This document shows, piece after piece, positions 35,641 through 42,225 of a stretch of DNA of 42,225 bases. How positions within the stretch are numbered: position 1 is the first letter of the stretch; each line of letters opens with the position of its first letter. Made by a program: the position numbers and the translations under genes. Source of the DNA: a virus. Taxonomy: Duplodnaviria > Caudoviricetes. The notes beneath the pieces are model-generated. The model ran no database searches, was not told the DNA's origin, and saw nothing but the letters and a program-made list of their open reading frames with translations. The stretch covers positions 1 through 42,225 of IMG/VR virus record IMGVR_UViG_3300020045_013646; one strand, 5' to 3'.

Positions 35641-37386
35641 CTATTCAAATGAGTCTTTATTAAGTTTATAAGCAATCCAAGCATCCATTAAGGCGGAGAC
35701 ACTATCGATCTTCTGATCATATCGCTTCTTCAAAAGTTTACGATTACCATTTGTGTCTTCCAAAGTGATAGCATTTCCCATAGCAAAGGACATTAAATCT
35801 TGATCAAATATGAGCATTCTCTCTTCTGATAAAGTCTTGAGTTCTCCCAGAGGAACTGATTCGGTCTTAACTCCCTGTATAACCTTTTCAATACCAAACG
35901 CCCCATTTTCCGCTTCCCAACGAGTAATGAATTCTTTGGCGTTGTAGGGGTCAAATCCAAAACAACGAACATCATATGCACAATCAATAATAAACTTGTC
36001 GAGATCGTCATAAACATCCATCATATCAAGAACGGTGCAATCTAAGACCATCAAAGACCCTTCTTCAAGAAATTGATCATATTTTAATCGCATAGCACTA
36101 GGTAATTTCATCAGAGTTAATGAGGAAATATAACACCGTGTTTTAACACCAAATTTTCCACCTGGTAAGGGAAACATAAAGGTAAATGCACAGAAGTCAT
36201 CTCCTTGTGAGAGATCTCCTCCAAGTGCACATGCCATAGACCAGAAATCTCTCTGACGATGTGGGAGTGTCTCCTCATAAGTGAAGAAATACGTGTAGCC
36301 TTCCATTGGGATTCCGAAGCGCTTAGCAAGAATATCATTACGAGTGGCTGGAGCATTCTCTGCTCGCTCAACATCGAGTTGATAAGCTTCATATGTGACG
36401 GTTTTACCAATGTTTGGATTTGCTTTTACCCACATATCAGGATTATTTACTTCATTAACGTCGTCTAATCGATAGTACCAGATTGAAACATGCGGATTAA
36501 TGTACTCTCCCTTAAGAATATTCATTAATTCCATTTTGATTGTGTCACCCGAACTATTACGAACTGTACCTTCCGAACTAATGGCAATAATTAAATAGTC
36601 ATCAAGTTTTGAAGCTCCTTGTTCTATCGCACCTACAACATCCTCCCGAATATCTCCAGATAACCATTCGTCAACTGATGCTATTTTGGGTCGAAGGCCT
36701 TGAAGTTTATCAATTGACATTGGTCGGATTTCAAGAATTGAATTTGTCAAGAAATTTTCAATACCCTTTTTGGTTGAGGCTAATTTAACGCGATTGGCTC
36801 GCGAGCCGGTGGTGTTCTGAATCGATCCTTCTGTTAAAAACTGAAAGAGTGGTCCTCGAGCACGAACAATAGCGGTTCTGATTGGTGACAAAACTTCATC
36901 GGCTTGTTTCATCGTTGGACCAGTGGCAATCTGATGAGTGGTGGATGTATCAACACTTAAAAAGTAATTTTGGATACATGATGCATACATTGATTTGGCC
37001 GCACCACGTCCAACAATTAAATATTGCTTGTTAATCAATCGTTTCTTAATCATTTTGCGAACATACTTACCGCCATGCCCATCAGCATTCGGCTCATAAA
37101 CACTTCGCTCAACAAAATAGTACCAACCAAAGATTTGTTCGGCCCAAAGTTTGAATGTATCAAGAAGCACCAAATCTGCACCATCAGTCAATGTTAGTTC
37201 ATTCTCACAAAAAGCAACAAACCCTTCAATAGCCGATTCATCATAATAGATTCCTCGATTGGCGATCAATTCATCAATCCGATTCATTTCCATTGATACT
37301 TCTTTGCAAACCGGTATGTTACCTTTGAGAACCTCTGCTCGAAACAACCCATAATATCTTGGTGTTGCAGTATTTGATAGGCCCAT
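35641..37386 (-). CDS. terL: terminase large subunit
   Basis: Walker A VGRGAAKS, Walker B SVDEW, SSEG, nuclease GGDLS, KIDSVSALMD. Confidence 0.95.
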   Translation of the reverse strand: MGLSNTATPRYYGLFRAEVLKGNIPVCKEVSMEMNRIDELIANRGIYYDESAIEGFVAFCENELTLTDGADLVLLDTFKLWAEQIFGWYYFVERSVYEPNADGHGGKYVRKMIKKRLINKQYLIVGRGAAKSMYASCIQNYFLSVDTSTTHQIATGPTMKQADEVLSPIRTAIVRARGPLFQFLTEGSIQNTTGSRANRVKLASTKKGIENFLTNSILEIRPMSIDKLQGLRPKIASVDEWLSGDIREDVVGAIEQGASKLDDYLIIAISSEGTVRNSSGDTIKMELMNILKGEYINPHVSIWYYRLDDVNEVNNPDMWVKANPNIGKTVTYEAYQLDVERAENAPATRNDILAKRFGIPMEGYTYFFTYEETLPHRQRDFWSMACALGGDLSQGDDFCAFTFMFPLPGGKFGVKTRCYISSLTLMKLPSAMRLKYDQFLEEGSLMVLDCTVLDMMDVYDDLDKFIIDCAYDVRCFGFDPYNAKEFITRWEAENGAFGIEKVIQGVKTESVPLGELKTLSEERMLIFDQDLMSFAMGNAITLEDTNGNRKLLKKRYDQKIDSVSALMDAWIAYKLNKDSFE

Positions 37387-37397
37387 GATAGCCTCCT

Positions 37398-38012
37398 CTA
37401 GGTTACAGCCTTAGTTTTTGCGCTAAGTTCTCTAACCGTCAAAGCCAATCCGGCACCAGCAGCCGCAATAGTCATCATACTTCCAACAACTGTCAAGGTG
37501 TCCATCAGACGATTCTTACCAACATCAACGTCTTTAGTTGTCAGATTTCGATACTGTTGTTCCATATTAAGTCGACTCACAAGACCCTTAAGCTCCTCAT
37601 CAGTCAGCATTTTAGCTTCACGACGCTTCATGTTTGAGAGATATTCTTCTTTTTTCCGACCACGAAGTGCTGCAATATTAGCATATTCTTTAGCCGTCGT
37701 CGCACCAACTTCATAGGTTTTTTGTTTAATCTTGAGTTGCGGAATGGATGGATTTTTCCCTGAACCAAAGGGATATCGACCAGATCGACCCGGCATTCCA
37801 AAATGATACATCGAATCAACTGGTTTTTCAGTACTAATTCCCTCATAATTTGGGCTACCATATTGGGGGTATGGCCCTTCAGGATTTGGTTTACTTTTGA
37901 TTTGAATCTCACGAATAAGATTCTGGACTTCATTCTCAGCCCGAAGTCTCTGGAGCAAGGCACTGAGTTGTTCATCAGTAGCATACTTAATAGTAATAGA
38001 TTTATCGGTCAT
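37398..38012 (-). CDS. HxG-motif phage protein
   Basis: YHFGMPGRSGRYPFGSG, LTDEELK..RLNMEQQY. Confidence 0.7.
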   Translation of the reverse strand: MTDKSITIKYATDEQLSALLQRLRAENEVQNLIREIQIKSKPNPEGPYPQYGSPNYEGISTEKPVDSMYHFGMPGRSGRYPFGSGKNPSIPQLKIKQKTYEVGATTAKEYANIAALRGRKKEEYLSNMKRREAKMLTDEELKGLVSRLNMEQQYRNLTTKDVDVGKNRLMDTLTVVGSMMTIAAAGAGLALTVRELSAKTKAVT

Positions 38013-38014
38013 AA

Positions 38015-38356
38015 TTAGATAGGTCCTCCTTCCGCTTGAATATTGAGTCGGAATTCAAGTTCAGTACACTGATTTTTAATGGCTTCGACGAGAAAACTAT
38101 TTTGTGGAGGGTCAAAAGACAGACGAGTTTTGAGAGCTATATAGAGTTTAACCCCTTCTAGATCCACTCGATCGCCTAGGAGATCTTCCCAAATATCGTC
38201 TCCATCCGTGATAAAGAATCCGTTTATAGGGCCAATACCCAGCTGTTGAACTGACATTAAAGCCGAATTGATATGCATTACTAAGTCAGTATCAAAACTT
38301 TCATCCTCAATTGTGATGCCTAATGATTTCTTAGTCGTATTTAATATGCTCTCCAA
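38015..38356 (-). CDS. head-tail adaptor
   Basis: SIL.T.KK.LG..FDTDL..HINS..QLG.GP, FDPP, ELEFRL. Confidence 0.75.
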   Translation of the reverse strand: MESILNTTKKSLGITIEDESFDTDLVMHINSALMSVQQLGIGPINGFFITDGDDIWEDLLGDRVDLEGVKLYIALKTRLSFDPPQNSFLVEAIKNQCTELEFRLNIQAEGGPI

Positions 38357-38760
38357 GGGGTAGTATCTCCTTTCTTTCGATCTCGAGGCAGAATAATTAG
38401 CCGTGATGCATCACCATAGTGAATAGCATTATGAGTATTATGACTTGTGCAGATTAGGTTGTCTGGGTCATACACACAGTCATCACCATTCTCAATATTT
38501 GCCATTGTAATTGGATTAATGTGATGCACAATTACACCATTCTTAATTTCCCGACCATCAATCCCAAGATCATTTGCCTCGTCTCGAATTATCATAATAT
38601 CACGAGTTCTTTGCCATTCTCCCGAGTGATATAATACCTGATTGACATAGCGATCAAAGCCAAAAGTTGATTCACCGACAATTCCACCACTCAACTTTAA
38701 ATATGCAAATCGCTCTTCAAACGTTAACAATCTTGATAGTTGTTTGTAGGTTTTAATCAT
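38341..38760 (-). CDS. HNH endonuclease (packaging-associated)
   Basis: VHHINP...NLICTSHNTHNAIHYG. Confidence 0.85.
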   Translation of the reverse strand: MIKTYKQLSRLLTFEERFAYLKLSGGIVGESTFGFDRYVNQVLYHSGEWQRTRDIMIIRDEANDLGIDGREIKNGVIVHHINPITMANIENGDDCVYDPDNLICTSHNTHNAIHYGDASRLIILPRDRKKGDTTPWRAY

Positions 38761-39091
38761 TGTCTTCGTCCCCACGATGTCCACTATATGTCTTCATAGC
38801 ATTAAGAGCATTCATATAGAGTTCTTCAATTCGTTTACCTGATCGAATTGATTCTGTTTTGGCTTTAGTCATCTCATTATCGAGCTCAAGTTTTTCCTTC
38901 TCAAGTTTGGCGGTTGTTGAGCCGAGTTTTAAGAAGTGTGTGATGACTTGAGAGCTTGCTGTGCCATTCCTAAGCTGTTTTTCAGCTAAATCAATAGCTG
39001 ATGCAATCATCTGATTTTCTCTTCCTTCGGGTGTCGTTGCAGGAGGTCGTCTTCTTATCGAGTTATCCTGAGTTTTATTATTGGGTCTAAT
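38753..39091 (-). CDS. conserved pre-terminase protein (possible TerS), probable ATT start
   Basis: LAEKQLR.GTASSQVITHFLK; frame open 27 codons upstream of Met 39010 to an ATT 8 nt after AGGAGG. Confidence 0.65.
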   Translation of the reverse strand: MRPNNKTQDNSIRRRPPATTPEGRENQMIASAIDLAEKQLRNGTASSQVITHFLKLGSTTAKLEKEKLELDNEMTKAKTESIRSGKRIEELYMNALNAMKTYSGHRGDEDND

Positions 39092-39138
39092 AAGTCAGAC
39101 CTCCTTTCTTAGGACTTTTGCCATACTTTTACCATAGT

Positions 39139-39242
39139 TTAGGAGTGACTAATTAGAAGCCGAAGAGGCTTGAAAGGAGCCCAGGCTCACCACACCTGAG
39201 AATTTGCGGACACATCTTCGACTCCTAGATAGTCACTCCTAA
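39139..39242 (-). ncRNA. structured non-coding element (long stem with G-U pairs)
   Basis: 13-bp perfect stem 39139-51/39230-42 plus 13-bp inner stem 39154-66/39215-27 with two G-U pairs on the minus strand. Confidence 0.65.
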
Positions 39243-39251
39243 GCATTTTGA

Positions 39252-39602
39252 TTAGGTAAGACTGATCTGACCTGAAGAAACGGTATATGTGCCCTGTCCA
39301 GCAAAGGTTTCATTGGTAATATCATCATCGGCATGGATTGTACCAAGAGTCAGTGCAGTATTAAAACCAACAGCCATAACAGTCGTTCCCGGTGGGACGT
39401 CAAAGACTGGCATGGTACCATTAAGCGCTTTGGCGCCTGCATTAGCTGCGGCAAAAGTAATAGCCTTACGAGCATAGGCAGGCGTTCCACCAGTTACTTC
39501 ATTACCACTTGTGGCAGGGAAACCGGTGTGCAAACTCAGATGCGTACAGACTGCGCCAAGGGCATCCAGGGCAATATTTTTTCCTGTATCTTTTACTGAC
39601 AT
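39252..39602 (-). CDS. minor tail/fibre-associated protein
   Basis: LSLHTG.P...NEVTGG..YARKAITF. Confidence 0.7.
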   Translation of the reverse strand: MSVKDTGKNIALDALGAVCTHLSLHTGFPATSGNEVTGGTPAYARKAITFAAANAGAKALNGTMPVFDVPPGTTVMAVGFNTALTLGTIHADDDITNETFAGQGTYTVSSGQISLT

Positions 39603-39605
39603 AAT

Positions 39606-39962
39606 TTATACTCCTTCTTCTTGTTCTTTTAATACTGAATCGGTTAGATAAATAACTTCTCGAAGAATACCATCGGCATCATCTTCGGTTCCTTCACCAT
39701 CAATCCAGAGACGTATCTCGCAAATATACTTACCAGGAATGAGAGTCTCACTACCCTCGAGTCTACCACTGACATAGTTTCCAACAATAAGAGCGTCTTT
39801 CTTCAGAACCTCACTGCCAGTGGCTAGATTTTTGAACGCTAACTTGGCTACAGCTTGAGTTAGATCGGCTGGAGTTGGCGGGGTTGGAGGTACAGTTATT
39901 GGTGTTGGGATATTGACATAAACTCCAACTTTTATTGTCTCTCCAGTTAAAGCCCTTATCAT
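39606..39962 (-). CDS. BppU-N-like / structural adaptor protein
   Basis: ADLTQA...ETLIPGKY.CEI. Confidence 0.5.
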   Translation of the reverse strand: MIRALTGETIKVGVYVNIPTPITVPPTPPTPADLTQAVAKLAFKNLATGSEVLKKDALIVGNYVSGRLEGSETLIPGKYICEIRLWIDGEGTEDDADGILREVIYLTDSVLKEQEEGV

Positions 39963-39963
39963 T

Positions 39964-42111
39964 TTATTCCTCCTTTGTATAGACTCTTTGGTATATTGGA
40001 TTTAGTTCGCGTGTAAAGATATTGACTGAGGTTGGCTCAGTTGTTGATTCAGTCGGACCGAATATAACCGTGGACTCATAAATTGGTCGTAACTCATGAG
40101 TATACAAATGGATAGCATTTAACTCGACCGTGAACAAATATGGTTTGCAGAGTTCAACCCCTTCTGTCGGAACACCAACTGAGATGGAGAAGATACCTGT
40201 AACGGCAATAATTCCAAAAGCCTTTTTGAATCCGGATAGGTTAACAGCACTTGTGTGGACAATCTCAATCGATGTACTAATTTGTTTTTGACCGATAACT
40301 GTGACATCTGATAAGGTGGCCAGATCAAAAGATCCTTCTTTATCAATCGGTACTTGTTCGCCAGCTATAACGTTGATATTGAATTGTGCATCCGTTGCAA
40401 TGTTAGAACTTGCATTCTTTAGACCGAGAACATTGATGGCCGATTCGGATGACAACTCAATAATTTCATTTGTTGCTTTTTGACCGGTAACGCTGACATT
40501 AGTTTCAGCAACAACTTGAATAACAGCACCTTTATCACGATCACCAATCACTGTGATCTCGGAGATTGAAGTAATTGATATTGGTGAGCTAACATTCTTT
40601 CGACCATTAACAAGAACGGCCTCAATTGCAGAGCTTGTGATGTCGGATGTGATCTTCTTTAATCCATTAGTATTGATGGTTATCGGATGAGCAATAGTAA
40701 TAGCATTGCTTGAGTCTTTAAAGCCAGTAGTTAAAACCTCAGTCAAACTGGAGATAACTACCACAGAACTATTTTGCTTTGATCCGATAGCTGTTATGAC
40801 TGGTTCGGCTGAAGTAAGGATACTGGAACTTGAAGATTTCTTACCAACAATATTGATGTCTGTGATGGCCGAGGATCCAATTGTTGCACTTGTTTGCTTC
40901 GATCCCAAAACACTCGTGCTGGATAGAGACTCAACATTGATAAGTTGAGTTATTGATTTTGTTCCATCAGTTGTAACCGTGGATGGATTTGAGATCTCAA
41001 CAGAACTAATCGCCGTCTTCTTTCCAGAGGTGACCACCTCGGAAGATGCCGACGTAGTCGGAGAATCGCGGGCTGATTTTAAACCAGTTGTGTCAATGGA
41101 AATTATTGCGCTGGTTGATACCGTACCAGATTTGTTATAGTTGTCTTTAGCTCCTGAGACGTCGACCGTTAAGGAGGAAGACACATCAAGTATGCCAATT
41201 CCATTTTTCTTACCAGCTGAGGTGATATCAGAAGTTGAAGATGTGGATATTAAACTCTGTCCATTCTTATTGCTCGAGAGAACTACATCAGAAATTGCTG
41301 AGACGGCTATAGCAGAGGCTACCTGTTTGTTAGCAACAGTTACAGTTACACTAGAAATTGCTGATGTAGATATTTCCGTTAGACCGTTCTTTTTACCAGC
41401 TACTGTGACGGCTGATACTGCTGAGGTAGAATTGCTTCCTGACCGATTAGTCTTGCCAGCTACTGTTACGGCTGATACAGATGAAGTGGAGTTACTACCA
41501 GTTCGGTTAGTCTTGCCAGAAACAGTTAGGGCTGATACGGATGAAGTAGAAGTTGAGCCTGAGGTTTTCTTTGTTCCTTCAACCGTGACGGCCGATGCCG
41601 CTGTAACCGCAATTGATCCGGTATAATTTTCAACTGGAGCCGTATAGTCCACAACCACTTTGATGTAGTCAACGGACCAGGTGATGGCGGTATTACTAGA
41701 ACTTCGAAAACCAGTCAGACGAACTTTAAAGCCACCAGCCTGTGTGTTATCATTCAGTTCGGATTCTGTCCACGTGCCACAAAGATTGGTGTTGACTTCA
41801 ACTTCTGCTAACGACATACCGTTTGCGCTTTGCGTGCCACGCAACGTTGTATCAAGAATTGCTTGAAAACGTAGTTGAGCACCAGTAGAAGTGGTTACGC
41901 TTGATTTATATCTAACATACATCGTCACCGAATTGATTGTAGATCCAGCTGGAATGCCAAAAGCAAAATTATAATAGTCTGTAACAATTGAGGAGTTCTT
42001 TGCCGGAGCGGCAGTTGCAAAGGAGGTATCGTCGACATGTGCATTGTTTGGATTGGTCCAACCAGTGGTTATAAGCGCATTACTTAAAGGATACTTGGTT
42101 ACAGTTGCCAT
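39964..42111 (-). CDS. Ser/Thr-rich repeat fibre protein (~20-aa period)
   Basis: Repeats such as TSSVSAVTVAGKTNRSGSNS; N-terminal globular domain ending VDYIKVVVDY. Confidence 0.75.
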   Translation of the reverse strand: MATVTKYPLSNALITTGWTNPNNAHVDDTSFATAAPAKNSSIVTDYYNFAFGIPAGSTINSVTMYVRYKSSVTTSTGAQLRFQAILDTTLRGTQSANGMSLAEVEVNTNLCGTWTESELNDNTQAGGFKVRLTGFRSSSNTAITWSVDYIKVVVDYTAPVENYTGSIAVTAASAVTVEGTKKTSGSTSTSSVSALTVSGKTNRTGSNSTSSVSAVTVAGKTNRSGSNSTSAVSAVTVAGKKNGLTEISTSAISSVTVTVANKQVASAIAVSAISDVVLSSNKNGQSLISTSSTSDITSAGKKNGIGILDVSSSLTVDVSGAKDNYNKSGTVSTSAIISIDTTGLKSARDSPTTSASSEVVTSGKKTAISSVEISNPSTVTTDGTKSITQLINVESLSSTSVLGSKQTSATIGSSAITDINIVGKKSSSSSILTSAEPVITAIGSKQNSSVVVISSLTEVLTTGFKDSSNAITIAHPITINTNGLKKITSDITSSAIEAVLVNGRKNVSSPISITSISEITVIGDRDKGAVIQVVAETNVSVTGQKATNEIIELSSESAINVLGLKNASSNIATDAQFNINVIAGEQVPIDKEGSFDLATLSDVTVIGQKQISTSIEIVHTSAVNLSGFKKAFGIIAVTGIFSISVGVPTEGVELCKPYLFTVELNAIHLYTHELRPIYESTVIFGPTESTTEPTSVNIFTRELNPIYQRVYTKEE

Positions 42112-42177
42112 GGATACCTCCCTTCTTCAGCCAGCTAAAAGTAAGACTCTCTCCCTCAAATATCCCCCCGGAGAAAA

Positions 42178-42225
42178 ATACAGGAAAAAATATTGCCCTG
42201 GATGCCCTTGGCGCAGTCTGTACGC
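42178..42225. repeat. 48-bp perfect inverted copy of 39542-39589
   Basis: Direct base-by-base reverse-complement match. Confidence 0.9.

Overview
Most of a tailed dsDNA (siphovirus-like) phage genome, with essentially all genes on the minus strand, read from a probable genome terminus at the right end. The order is: terminal structural module (39.2-42.1 kb), a structured non-coding element, small terminase-region genes and HNH, TerL, portal, protease-capsid fusion, head-tail and tail genes with an embedded NlpC/P60 endolysin, tape measure, tail-tip/RBP genes, holin (13 kb), then an accessory/early region (0.1-13 kb). The SleB-like hydrolase, SH3b domain, Dp-1-type holin and strong AGGAGG RBSs suggest a Firmicutes host (inference). 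The standout feature is 13 copies of a fixed-length 28-bp motif (minus strand N-TCGC-N14-CTATAATAG). Each heads a promoter-RBS-micro-ORF-terminator unit, nine of them in a tandem array at 10.45-13.0 kb carrying mostly small membrane peptides. Two units share near-identical flanks but different cargo, and one unit carries a tRNA-like RNA with no canonical anticodon loop. A second structured RNA with an anti-Shine-Dalgarno loop lies upstream of a gene that probably starts at ATT. All family assignments are by eye; no searches were run.
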